From positions 1-64,000 of the forward strand of contig JAYTOU010000042.1 in the NCBI GenBank assembly GCA_043747615.1: 64,000 nucleotides of DNA, written 5' to 3'. The notes under the pieces are model-generated. The model saw only the letters and a list, made by a program, of their open reading frames with translations. It did not search any database and had not been told where the DNA came from. This document shows, in pieces, positions 18,898 to 28,335 of this stretch (position 1 is its first letter; each line of letters starts with the position of its first letter). The DNA comes from Myxococcales bacterium (GTDB lineage: Bacteria > Myxococcota_A > Polyangia > Polyangiales > Polyangiaceae). A program made the position numbers and the translations under genes.

Positions 18898-19554
18898 GTG
18901 ACAGAGCCCATCGAGCGCTACGCCGAATCCGAAATCCCGACCGAATACGGTCCAGTGCGCGTGGTCGTTTACCGCGTCGGGAAGGAAAGCCGAGATCCGC
19001 GATCCATTCCCGAGGAGCACATGGCGCTCGTGGTCGGCGATCCGTCGAAGGGCTGCGCCAACGGCGAGGTGCTCGTGCGTGTGCACTCCGAGTGCTGGAC
19101 CGGCGAGGTGATCCGCTCCCGGAAATGCGACTGCCGCGAGCAGCTGGATCACGCGCTCCTGGAGATCCAGAAGACGGGCTGCGGCGTCGTCGTCTACCTC
19201 CGGCAAGAGGGGCGGGGGATCGGCCTCGGCAACAAGATTCGCGCGTATGCGCTCCAGGAAGAAGGTGCCGACACGGTCGACGCGAATCGCATGCTCGGCT
19301 TCGCCGACGACGCGCGGACTTACGACGTAGCGGCTGCGATCCTCAGGGATTTGAGGGTCACGCGCGTGGTCTTGCTCACCAACAACCCCGCGAAGGTCGA
19401 CGGCCTCGTCGCTCACGGAATCGACGTTGCCCGCCGCGCTCCCATCGTCATCCTCCCGAATGAGCACAACGCTGACTACCTCGATGTGAAGGCGAGACGC
19501 ATGGGGCACGAGCTCACGGGCGATGTCCACGTCATGCCCGACGGAAAAAAATGA
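18898..19554 (+). CDS. ribA: GTP cyclohydrolase II
   Basis: RVHSECWTG, CDCREQL, YLRQEGRGIGL.NK, LLTNNP.K; GTG 18898 is the likely start. Confidence 0.95.
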   Translation: MTEPIERYAESEIPTEYGPVRVVVYRVGKESRDPRSIPEEHMALVVGDPSKGCANGEVLVRVHSECWTGEVIRSRKCDCREQLDHALLEIQKTGCGVVVYLRQEGRGIGLGNKIRAYALQEEGADTVDANRMLGFADDARTYDVAAAILRDLRVTRVVLLTNNPAKVDGLVAHGIDVARRAPIVILPNEHNADYLDVKARRMGHELTGDVHVMPDGKK

Positions 19555-20363
19555 AGCCGCTGACCGCGGCGGTCATCCAGCTCTCGAGCCAGGAGGACGT
19601 GGACAACAATCTCGCGCGGGCTCGCGGGCTCGTCGAACAAGCGCGTACGGCCGGGGCAGAGCTCGTCGTCCTTCCCGAAAATTTCGCGATCATGGGCGAA
19701 GAAGACGAGAAGCGGGCGCTCGCCGAATCGCTGGAAATCGGCGGTAAAATAAGCTCTTTTTGCGCGTCGCTCGCCAAGGAGCAAGGGGTGTTCGTCGTCG
19801 CCGGGGGAATGCCGGAGAAGAGCGACGATCGCGATCGCCCCTTCAACACGTCGGCTCTCTTCAATCCATCGGGAGAGCTCGTCGCGCGTTACCGAAAGAT
19901 TCACCTCTTCGACGTCGACGTGCCGGGCGGGCAAAGCTACCGCGAGAGTCGCTCGGCCACAGGTGGCGTCGAGCCCGTCCTCGCAGACGTCGGCGGCGTC
20001 ACTCTGGGAATGACGGTCTGCTACGACCTTCGCTTCCCGGAGCTCTATCGCCGTCTCGCTGAGCTCGGCGCGCGGGTTGTCACCGTGCCTGCGGCCTTCA
20101 CGCTGATGACGGGGAAGGATCACTGGCACGTCCTTCTGCGAGCGCGCGCCATCGAAAATCAGATGTTCGTCCTCGCCCCCGCGCAAACGGGCAAGCATCC
20201 GAAAGGGCGACAGACCTATGGAAAGAGCCTGATCGTCGATCCCTGGGGAGACGTGCTCTGCCAGGCAGGGGAAGGGGAAGGCTTCGCCATCGCCCGTCTC
20301 GATTTCGCAGCTCAAGACCGCGTGCGCGCCGCGCTGCCGTGCCTCACCCACCGGAAGCTGTGA
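19551..20363 (+). CDS. Carbon-nitrogen hydrolase (Nit1/deaminated glutathione amidase-like)
   Basis: LPENF, YRKIHLFD, VCYDLRFPE, ARAIENQ (E-K-C triad). Confidence 0.92.
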   Translation: MKPLTAAVIQLSSQEDVDNNLARARGLVEQARTAGAELVVLPENFAIMGEEDEKRALAESLEIGGKISSFCASLAKEQGVFVVAGGMPEKSDDRDRPFNTSALFNPSGELVARYRKIHLFDVDVPGGQSYRESRSATGGVEPVLADVGGVTLGMTVCYDLRFPELYRRLAELGARVVTVPAAFTLMTGKDHWHVLLRARAIENQMFVLAPAQTGKHPKGRQTYGKSLIVDPWGDVLCQAGEGEGFAIARLDFAAQDRVRAALPCLTHRKL

Positions 20364-21490
20364 TGGCCGCGAGGGTCGTCCGGCACATCCCCATCAATGA
20401 TCTGAAGGCGCAGCACGCATCCATCGAGAGTGAAGTGATGGCCGCGGTCGGCGAGGTGATCGCCGCTCAGTCATTCATCCTGGGCGAGCCTGTGGCGGCG
20501 TTCGAACGCGCACTCGAGGCGTACGTCGGGGTGAGCCATGCCGTCGGGGTGGCCTCTGGAAGCGACGCCCTCCGCCTTGCGCTGCTCGCTCTCGGGATCG
20601 GCCCCGGCGACGCGGTCCTCACCACGCCGCTCACCTTCTTTGCAACGGCCGGGGCGATCGCGAACACCGGCGCCACCCCCGTCTTCGCTGACATTGATCC
20701 GTGCACTATGCAATTATCTGCTGGTTGTGTTCGGGACTCTATTTCCCGGATGGATCGCGCCGGTCCGCGCCTCCGCGCCATCCTCGTCGTTCATCTCTTC
20801 GGCTCGTGCGCGGACATGGACGCTCTCGGCGCGGTGGCCAAGGAGCACGGGCTCTACGTGGTGGAGGACGCCGCTCAGGCGATGGGCGCAACGTACGGAG
20901 CGCGGCACGCCGGCAGCATCGGCACCCTCGGTTGCACCAGCTTCTTTCCGAGCAAGACCCTCGGCGGCTGGGGGGATGGCGGCGCCGTCTTCACCTCCGA
21001 TCCCAATCTCGCATCACGCGTCAGGCGGCTGCGCGTCCACGGCCTCGACGGCGGAGGGCACGTAGAGGTCGGCTTCAACAGCCGTCTCGACGCGCTCCAA
21101 GCCGCGGTGCTCTCGGTCAAGCTCCGGCATCTCGAGTCGTGGCTCGACAAGCGGGCTCGCGCGGCGTCCATCTACCGAGAGTTGCTCGCGCCGATCGCCG
21201 AGGTGACCACGCCAGAAAAAAGCTCGAAGGGCCGCGATGTGTTCAGTCCCTACGTCGTGCGGGTAAAAAGGCGTGATTTGCTCGCGGCGCATCTCCGTAG
21301 CGAGGGGATCGAGACGCGGTGCTACTACCCGTCGCTGGTGTCGTCCGAGCCGTGCTTTCGTGGCTCGAACCGCGCGCAGTTGCCCAACGCCGAGCAGGCG
21401 AGGGGAGAGACGCTGGCCATCCCGCTCTTCGCGGAGATCACGCTCGACGAGCAGACGTACGTCGCCGAGGCGATCGCCCGCTTCCGTTAG
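20363..21490 (+). CDS. DegT/DnrJ/EryC1/StrS family sugar aminotransferase
   Basis: VASGSDAL, EDAAQA, SFFPSKTLGGWGDGG, NSRLDALQAA. Confidence 0.92.
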   Translation: MAARVVRHIPINDLKAQHASIESEVMAAVGEVIAAQSFILGEPVAAFERALEAYVGVSHAVGVASGSDALRLALLALGIGPGDAVLTTPLTFFATAGAIANTGATPVFADIDPCTMQLSAGCVRDSISRMDRAGPRLRAILVVHLFGSCADMDALGAVAKEHGLYVVEDAAQAMGATYGARHAGSIGTLGCTSFFPSKTLGGWGDGGAVFTSDPNLASRVRRLRVHGLDGGGHVEVGFNSRLDALQAAVLSVKLRHLESWLDKRARAASIYRELLAPIAEVTTPEKSSKGRDVFSPYVVRVKRRDLLAAHLRSEGIETRCYYPSLVSSEPCFRGSNRAQLPNAEQARGETLAIPLFAEITLDEQTYVAEAIARFR

Positions 21491-22551
21491 GTCAGATGCT
21501 CACGGGCGATGTCGGCCCACGTTCCGGCGGGTTCGAGCTCCAAGTAGCGCGCCCAATGGGTGCGTGCGCGCGCGCGCTGACGGAGCTGCTCGAGGGCCAT
21601 CGCCAAGTTGAAATGCGCGTCCGCGAAACGGGGATCCCGCCCGATGGCCATCTCGAAATAAGGAACTGCGTGCGCCGCTTCCCCGCGCTCCAGCATGACG
21701 TAGCCGAGGTTGTAGTGCCCCTCGGGCTGGCGGTCGTCGATCGCCAACGCCTTCAAATATAGGGCTTCGGCGCCCATGTCGTCTCCTCGGCGAAAGCGAA
21801 TGTTCCCGAGGTTGGTGTGGGCGATCGCCAGCTGAGGATCGATCTGGAGGGCGCGCGTGTAGAGAGCCTCGGCCTCGTCCCACGTGTCCGGGTCTTCGTC
21901 GAGCATGCTGGCCTTGGCGTACAGATCGTAAGCCGTCTTGGCGCGGCCCTGGGCCGACTCGGGGCGAAGGACACGCACGACATCGTCACGAAGCGCAGTC
22001 ACTTCGAAGTCGAGCACCAGCTGACCGGTGACTGGCTCGAACGCCCCGTCGTGTGCCCGCACGACGACGCGGCGGCCGTCGCTGACGATCCGCAGCTCCT
22101 GGAGCGGCCGGGTCACCTTGGGGAGACTCTTTTTGAGCGCGCCAATGGCTCGCGCCACCTCGCGCAGCTTTACGTCTTTGGACAGAAGCAGCGTGGCGCG
22201 GAGGGCGATGAGATCCTGGAAGGTGTACGCGCGCCTTCCTTTTTTTGCGCCGGAAGGGGTGACGATATCCGCGCGATCGAGGGTGCGGAGGCGCGCTTCG
22301 GTGAGCCCGAGGAGCTTGGCCACTTCGCGCATCGAGAAGACGTCCGTCACCGGCTCGCTTCCGTGGGTGCTCGCCGTCGTCGGATGCGACTGGCGTAAAA
22401 GCGGAGCGGGCTCGAGAGGAAGACGCCCGCCGCCCTGGCCGAACGCCACGCGAATAAGCGTTCCGCCCTTCGGCTCCACCGGCGGTGACTTCTTCTTTTT
22501 CGGTTTTCGCTTGTCCGGTAAGCCGGGGCGTTCGTCTGTGGTGTTCGTCAT
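21487..22551 (-). CDS. MerR-like HTH + TPR protein
   Basis: FSMREVAKLLGLTEARLR...RRAYTFQDLIALR followed by about four TPRs. Confidence 0.85.
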   Translation of the reverse strand: MTNTTDERPGLPDKRKPKKKKSPPVEPKGGTLIRVAFGQGGGRLPLEPAPLLRQSHPTTASTHGSEPVTDVFSMREVAKLLGLTEARLRTLDRADIVTPSGAKKGRRAYTFQDLIALRATLLLSKDVKLREVARAIGALKKSLPKVTRPLQELRIVSDGRRVVVRAHDGAFEPVTGQLVLDFEVTALRDDVVRVLRPESAQGRAKTAYDLYAKASMLDEDPDTWDEAEALYTRALQIDPQLAIAHTNLGNIRFRRGDDMGAEALYLKALAIDDRQPEGHYNLGYVMLERGEAAHAVPYFEMAIGRDPRFADAHFNLAMALEQLRQRARARTHWARYLELEPAGTWADIAREHLT

Positions 22552-22578
22552 GGGAGGTCGGGCCGTCGCGCCCGAGCG

Positions 22579-23052
22579 TCAGTGTCGGCTGCTGCCCTTA
22601 GTCGCGGGGAAGCTCACAATCAACGGTGCCTGGACGTCGACGTCAATCCTCACCCCCCGAGGATCGACCTTGGCCGTGACCTCACACCGCGAAAGCCCCA
22701 AGATTCCAGGGGCTCGGCTGGCGGCCTCCCTGTGCGCAATTCGGGTCGCGCGCAGGCGGAGGTGCAAATCTCGACCGGCGACAGCGGCGACGAAGGCTCG
22801 CTCCGACGCCGGAAGCTCAGGCAGAAGAAGGATGAGACTGGTCGTTCCGTACCAGACCGTCGTCCCATTTTCGATGCGCTCCCGTCCTTCACTCACCGAA
22901 TCGGCGCACGTAAGGAGCTCTCGCCAGCGCGGGTCCGAGCTGCGAACGAGGATCGTGTGGCGTGCCGATAAGAGAAGCGGCCCTCGGGTTTTCGACAACC
23001 CCGGACCGCGTGCAGGCAACGTCACGAAACGGATCGTGCCGGCTTCGATCAC
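22579..23052 (-). CDS. Hypothetical protein, co-directional with the MerR-TPR gene
   Basis: Globular-looking ORF filling the gap; start uncertain. Confidence 0.6.
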   Translation of the reverse strand: MIEAGTIRFVTLPARGPGLSKTRGPLLLSARHTILVRSSDPRWRELLTCADSVSEGRERIENGTTVWYGTTSLILLLPELPASERAFVAAVAGRDLHLRLRATRIAHREAASRAPGILGLSRCEVTAKVDPRGVRIDVDVQAPLIVSFPATKGSSRH

Positions 23053-23118
23053 TTGCGATCAACTTTTTCGGCATTGATTCTCACCGGGCCCAGGGCGACG
23101 CTAGGCGCGAGGCAAACG

Positions 23119-23709
23119 ATGGCGTCGAAAAAGAAGAACAAGACCGCGGCAAAAAAAGGGAAACCGCCTGCGAAAAAGTCCTCGGTCAAGAAGAAGGCGC
23201 CAAGCCCTGGGTCAAAGAAGCCAACGAAGAACGCGGCACCGAAAAAAAAGAGCGCGCCGGCCAAGGTCGCCGCTCGGAAGAAAGACCCGCGGGTTTCCGC
23301 CTTCTCCTTCGACATCATCGACCAGGTCGAGCACTTCTCGGCGTCGCCCGAGGTCATCTACCGCGCCTGGCTCGACTCGGCCGGCCACTCCGCATTCACC
23401 AATAGCAAGGCGAAGGTGGACGCGCGCATCGGCGGAATCTTCAGCGCGTACGACGGCTACATTTCCGGCGTGACGACGGAGCTCGTCGAGAATGAGCGCA
23501 TCGTCCAGCGATGGCGCGCGACGGACTTTCCCGGCGACTATCCCGACTCGAAGCTCGAGCTCACCCTGACCCCGCAGAGCGGGGGCACGCGACTGAGCTT
23601 GCGGCACTCGTCGGTGCCCACTATCAACGTCAAATCATACGAATCGGGCTGGCGCGAGCACTACTGGCAGCCGCTGCGCGCGTACCTCGCAGGCCTCGCC
23701 ACCGGGTAG
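23119..23709 (+). CDS. SRPBCC/AHSA1 domain protein with a Lys/Ala-rich histone-like N-tail
   Basis: ASPEVIYRAWLD, RIVQRWR, GW..HYWQPL; N-term MASKKKNKTAAKKGKPPAKK. Confidence 0.85.
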   Translation: MASKKKNKTAAKKGKPPAKKSSVKKKAPSPGSKKPTKNAAPKKKSAPAKVAARKKDPRVSAFSFDIIDQVEHFSASPEVIYRAWLDSAGHSAFTNSKAKVDARIGGIFSAYDGYISGVTTELVENERIVQRWRATDFPGDYPDSKLELTLTPQSGGTRLSLRHSSVPTINVKSYESGWREHYWQPLRAYLAGLATG

Positions 23710-23732
23710 CGGCTCGAGAGTCTACGCTCGAA

Positions 23733-24449
23733 CTACGAAAGCGAGCTCGCGGCGAGGACGCGGGCGACGGCGACATCTAGCGGCACGGTGATCTGCTCGA
23801 CCACGATGCCCGCGGCGGTCGACTCGATCCACGCTGCGTGGGCCACGAGCGGCTGAGGGACGCGTGAGACCGCCGTCTTCGGGCCGGAGATTCCGTCCGG
23901 CGCTTCGCCTACGCTGCCGACGTTCACGACGCGCACCTCGCCGACCATGCGATCAAACGGCACGTGGCTCATTCCGCAGACGATGATGTCCGCGGCATCG
24001 TCGCCGATGAGAGCGTTCATCTCTTCGTCGCTCATGTCGTGGGTGAACGCCTCGGCGGGATCAGCGGGGGATCCGTGGACGAGCAAGAGCTCGCGTCCAT
24101 CGTCGAGTGGGATTCGCACGTGGGTCGGCAGCCGCTTCAAACGCTCCAAGATCAAATCGCCGAGCTCGCCCCGCGCCGCGCGCATACGGTCGATCATCTG
24201 TTGCTCGTGCTCGTTCGACGCGTGTAGGTCGGTGGGATCCAAGGTAGCGAGTGCCTTGTCCGACACGCCCTGGACCATCACCGCGCCGGCGGCCACCAAG
24301 CGTCGCCATGTTTCGAGCGGAGCCGGGCCTGGAAAGACGATGTCGCCGGCGACCAAGAGCTTGTTGAACGACCTCCGCTCGGCGGTCGCGAGGACGGCCG
24401 CAAGCGCGTCTAAGCGGCCGTGAATGTCCGAAACACAGAGGAGTCGCAT
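23733..24449 (-). CDS. Metallophosphoesterase (YfcE/MJ0936-like)
   Basis: SDIHG, AGD, VHGSP, GMSHVP, NVGSVG; the usual GNH/D motif appears as GVSD. Confidence 0.85.
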   Translation of the reverse strand: MRLLCVSDIHGRLDALAAVLATAERRSFNKLLVAGDIVFPGPAPLETWRRLVAAGAVMVQGVSDKALATLDPTDLHASNEHEQQMIDRMRAARGELGDLILERLKRLPTHVRIPLDDGRELLLVHGSPADPAEAFTHDMSDEEMNALIGDDAADIIVCGMSHVPFDRMVGEVRVVNVGSVGEAPDGISGPKTAVSRVPQPLVAHAAWIESTAAGIVVEQITVPLDVAVARVLAASSLS

Positions 24450-24553
24450 CGCTTGCGGATCGTAGTCTCCTCAACTTGCGGAGTCGAGGCCTCGGCGGTA
24501 GGCACGCAAGCAGACCTAGCGGAATGAGACAAATGTCCGCTAAGCTCGGCCTC

Positions 24554-25750
24554 ATGACGAACGCCGATCCCTCTGAATTTACGGCGATCCGTGACGAATT
24601 TCCCTCGCTGAAGAAGGGCGTCCACCTCATCAGTCACTCCCTCGGCGCGCTCCCCAAGAAGGCGCGAACGTACGCCGCGCAGTTCCTCGACGAGTGGGAA
24701 GACGATTCGATCAACGCGTGGGGCGCGTGGCTCCCGGCGGTGCGCTCCCTCTCCGACACGATCGCGCGGGTCATCGGCGTCGACGAGGGCACGGTGGTGA
24801 TCCTCCCGAACGTCTCCACGGTGCAAGCTGCCGTCGCCTCGTGCTTCACCTTCGAAGGGCCGCGAAAGAAAATCGTCTACGACGACCTCAATTTTTCGAC
24901 GGTGCATTACGTCTGGCAAGAGCAGGCGCGACGCGGCGCCGAGCTCGTGGTGGTCCCCTCACGCGATGGCATTCACGCGCCAATCGATGAGCTCCTTGCA
25001 GCGATCGACGAAAAGACGCTCCTCGTCCCCATCAGTCACGTTCTCTTCCGCTCGAGCGCCCTTTACGACGCCAAGCGGGTCATCGAGCGCGCACACCAGG
25101 TCGGCGCAATGGTGCTCCTCGATTGCTATCAGTCCGCCGGGACCGTGCCCCTCGCGCTCAAGGAATTGAACTGCGACATGGCGTGCGGCGGCTCGGTGAA
25201 ATGGGCCTGCGGGGGCCCGGGGGCCGCGTATCTCTACGTTCGTCCGGACCTCGTGAAGACGCTCCGCCCTATGAACGCCGGCTGGTTCTCTCACGAGCAG
25301 CCCTTCGCGTTCGACATGGGACCGATGCGTTACGCGCCGGACATCTGGCGCATGATCGGCGGCACCCCGGCGATTCCTGCCGTGTACAGCGCGCGCGCGG
25401 GATGGGAAATCGTAGAGAAGCTGGGCGTGGCCAAGATCCGTCAAAAGTCCCTGCGCCAGACCAAGCTGCTGCGCGGGATGGTCGAAGACCGCGGGTTCAC
25501 CGTGAACACGCCGCACGCCGACGACGGTCGCGGGGGCACGATCTGCTTCGATTTCGAAGGAGCGGAGCGCGTATCCCGCGTGCTATCCAGCAGGAAATAT
25601 TTCCACGACTACCGGCCGAAATGCGGCCTCCGGGTGAGCCCCCACTTCTACACCACCGACGAAGAGCTGGACGGGTTCATCCGTGAGCTCGACGAGGTGC
25701 GCGCTTCCGCGGCCGATGGAGCGCCTGCGCGAACGTATTCGTCGGCATAG
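24554..25750 (+). CDS. Class V PLP-dependent enzyme, kynureninase-like
   Basis: HSLGALP, DCYQSAG, GGSVKWACGGPG, GWFSH, RVSPHFY. Confidence 0.85.
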   Translation: MTNADPSEFTAIRDEFPSLKKGVHLISHSLGALPKKARTYAAQFLDEWEDDSINAWGAWLPAVRSLSDTIARVIGVDEGTVVILPNVSTVQAAVASCFTFEGPRKKIVYDDLNFSTVHYVWQEQARRGAELVVVPSRDGIHAPIDELLAAIDEKTLLVPISHVLFRSSALYDAKRVIERAHQVGAMVLLDCYQSAGTVPLALKELNCDMACGGSVKWACGGPGAAYLYVRPDLVKTLRPMNAGWFSHEQPFAFDMGPMRYAPDIWRMIGGTPAIPAVYSARAGWEIVEKLGVAKIRQKSLRQTKLLRGMVEDRGFTVNTPHADDGRGGTICFDFEGAERVSRVLSSRKYFHDYRPKCGLRVSPHFYTTDEELDGFIRELDEVRASAADGAPARTYSSA

Positions 25751-25805
25751 TCACCACGATCTAGCGTGCAGAGACGGGTGGTGTAGTCTCCTTTCCAGCT
25801 CCTCC

Positions 25806-27416
25806 ATGCCGACTTGTCCGAGCTGCCGAAAACGCTACCCGGAAAACGTGACGACCTGTTCGGTCGACGGGGACACGCTTCTGCCGAACGAGGCGTTCAG
25901 CGGCGTCGACGCGGATCTCGCCGCGGGGCACGTGGTTGGTGAATACAGGATCGACAAGAAAATAGGCGAGGGCGGCTTCGGCAGCGTGTACCGCGCCGTC
26001 CACCCGTTGATCGGGAAAACCGCGGCGATCAAGGTGCTGAATCGCCAGTACTCGTCCAACCCGCAGATGGTCTCGCGCTTCATCTCCGAGGCGCGGGCGG
26101 TCAACCAGATCCGCCATCGCAACATCATCGACATCTTCTCGTTCGGCGCCCTCGAGGACGGGCGGCAGTACTACGTGATGGAGATGCTGGAGGGGATGAC
26201 CCTCTCCGACTTCATGAAGGAGCGAGGTCGGATCCCGCCGGACGTGGCCATCCCGATCTTCCGCTCGCTTGCCCGTGCGCTCGACGCCGCGCACGCCGCG
26301 GGAATCGCGCATCGCGATTTGAAACCAGAAAATATTTTCCTATCCTTCGACGAGGACGGCGGGATTTTCCCGAAGCTGCTCGACTTCGGAATCGCCAAGC
26401 TCCTGGCGACGGACGGCGGCGCGAGCGGGCAAAAGACGCGCACCGGCACGCCCATGGGCACGCCGTATTACATGTCGCCCGAGCAGTGCCGGGGGAAGAA
26501 CGTCGATCACCGGACGGACATTTATTCGTTCGGGATCATGGTGCACGAGGTCCTTACCGGGAAGCTCCCCTTCGAAGGCGACGACATGATGGATCTGCTC
26601 ATCAAGCAGACGACCGCCCCGGCTCCGCCGCTGTCCAGCATCGTACCGGAGCTCCCCGCTGCGCTGGATGCACCGCTCCTTCGGATGCTCGAAAAGGATG
26701 CGGCCATGCGTCCCGAGTCGCTCTCCGCGGCCGTGGAGGGGCTGGCTCGCGCGGCGTCGGGAGCGGGCCTCAACGTGGTCGTCGCGGCAGGGCTGAGCGC
26801 AGACCTCCGGCACACACCACGGATGACGCCCGATCTCTCGCCCTCGGAGCTCGGCAGACTGGTCGAGGCCAGGACGATGATGGACGCGAGCACGGGGGGG
26901 GGGCTGACGCCCGATTCCAACGTGCCTCCTCCGCCGAAGAGTCGAATGGGACTGATTGCGGCGATAGGTGCAGTTTGCATGGTTCTCGGTGGTGGCGGCG
27001 TGATCTTCATGATGACCCGCAACAAACCCACGGTCGCTCAAGCCGCCCCAGCGATCAACGTCGTGTCACCGACGCCGAGCATGCCCGTCGTGATCGCCAC
27101 GCCAAGCGCCGCGGCGGCGGTTGGAGCGCCCGTGGAGGTCGCGGTGACCGTGCGGTCCGTCCCCCAGCATGCCGCGATTTACATCGGCGACGAAAGAATC
27201 GGCGTCGCCCCCGGCCCGGTGAAGATACCGCGCGCCGACAAAGTGAGGCTCGTTCTCAAGGCCGAAGGGTTCGCACCGACCGAGGTCGAGGTGGAAGCGA
27301 AGCAAGACAACACGGTGAGCGTGAAGCTGACGAAGGCCGCGACGTCGCATCATGCGAAGCCCCCGGTGGGCCAAGGCGACAAGCCTGCGGACGCCATCGA
27401 AACCCCTACTTTCTGA
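25806..27416 (+). CDS. Membrane Ser/Thr protein kinase with an N-terminal Cys ribbon and a C-terminal PEGA-like domain
   Basis: CPSC..C, GEGGFG, AIK, HRDLKPEN, DFG, GTPYYMSPEQ, TM helix. Confidence 0.93.
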   Translation: MPTCPSCRKRYPENVTTCSVDGDTLLPNEAFSGVDADLAAGHVVGEYRIDKKIGEGGFGSVYRAVHPLIGKTAAIKVLNRQYSSNPQMVSRFISEARAVNQIRHRNIIDIFSFGALEDGRQYYVMEMLEGMTLSDFMKERGRIPPDVAIPIFRSLARALDAAHAAGIAHRDLKPENIFLSFDEDGGIFPKLLDFGIAKLLATDGGASGQKTRTGTPMGTPYYMSPEQCRGKNVDHRTDIYSFGIMVHEVLTGKLPFEGDDMMDLLIKQTTAPAPPLSSIVPELPAALDAPLLRMLEKDAAMRPESLSAAVEGLARAASGAGLNVVVAAGLSADLRHTPRMTPDLSPSELGRLVEARTMMDASTGGGLTPDSNVPPPPKSRMGLIAAIGAVCMVLGGGGVIFMMTRNKPTVAQAAPAINVVSPTPSMPVVIATPSAAAAVGAPVEVAVTVRSVPQHAAIYIGDERIGVAPGPVKIPRADKVRLVLKAEGFAPTEVEVEAKQDNTVSVKLTKAATSHHAKPPVGQGDKPADAIETPTF

Positions 27417-27567
27417 CGCCCGAGACCATCCTTCCGACCAGTCCGTGCGCGGCGGATTAAATGCGCGTGGCTCTTCGTGACACGAAGTTTCAAACAGCGG
27501 TTCGAGGAGGTGGGTCGTGGCGAAGTCCAGAGGCTGGCGCGTGCCTGAGCGGCTAAGTCGTCACGAC

Positions 27568-28335
27568 CTACCGCGCTTGCCATACGGGCGGGCGACGATC
27601 GAAGTAGGCCTCCACCGCTTCGGCGTGGTCGGCGCTCGTCCACGTTGCGACGAAGCGCTCACGTTCGCTCGCGGCTAGCCCCGCGTCGTTCGCGCGCGCA
27701 GATCGCAAAAGCGTCTTCATTTGCGTGACGGCGTTGGGCGAACCAAGAGCGGTGTCTTTCCCCCAGGCGATGGCGAGAGCGACGCAGCCCCCGTCCTCGG
27801 CGAGCTCGTCGACGAGGCGAAGGGATCGCGCTTCCGCGGCCGAGACCTCGTGCGCGGTGTAAAGGAGCCGCGCTGCGGTCGAGTGACCGACCACGGATAC
27901 CAATCGTGGAATCGTTCCCCACGCGGTCGTCACGCCTAGGCGCACCTGTTTGAAACAGATCCGCGCCGATCGGTCGGCGACCCGCAGATCGCAGGCCAGC
28001 GCGAGCTCGGCACCGCCGCCGAAGGCTGCTCCGGGAAGCGCCGCGATGACCGGGATCTCGAGCGCCGCGATCCGTGCGCAGATCGTTTCTCCTGCGTCGG
28101 CGAAGGCACGCGCCTCTCCCTCCGACGTGGCTTCGCGCAGCTCGCGGAGATCTCCGCCGGACGCGAATGCCGTCCCCGCGCCGGTGAGCACGATGGCCCG
28201 CAGTGTTCGATCGCGTTCGGCCTCGTCGAGCGCACGCCCGAGACCGTCCATCACCTCGCGATTGAGAGCGTTTCGTGCCTGCGGACGATCGATCGTCCAG
28301 ATCCCGATGTTTCCGTCACGCTCCACGCGCAGCAT
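27568..28335 (-). CDS. Enoyl-CoA hydratase/isomerase family protein
   Basis: RPQARNAL, AFASGGDL, AFGGGAELALACDLR. Confidence 0.92.
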   Translation of the reverse strand: MLRVERDGNIGIWTIDRPQARNALNREVMDGLGRALDEAERDRTLRAIVLTGAGTAFASGGDLRELREATSEGEARAFADAGETICARIAALEIPVIAALPGAAFGGGAELALACDLRVADRSARICFKQVRLGVTTAWGTIPRLVSVVGHSTAARLLYTAHEVSAAEARSLRLVDELAEDGGCVALAIAWGKDTALGSPNAVTQMKTLLRSARANDAGLAASERERFVATWTSADHAEAVEAYFDRRPPVWQAR

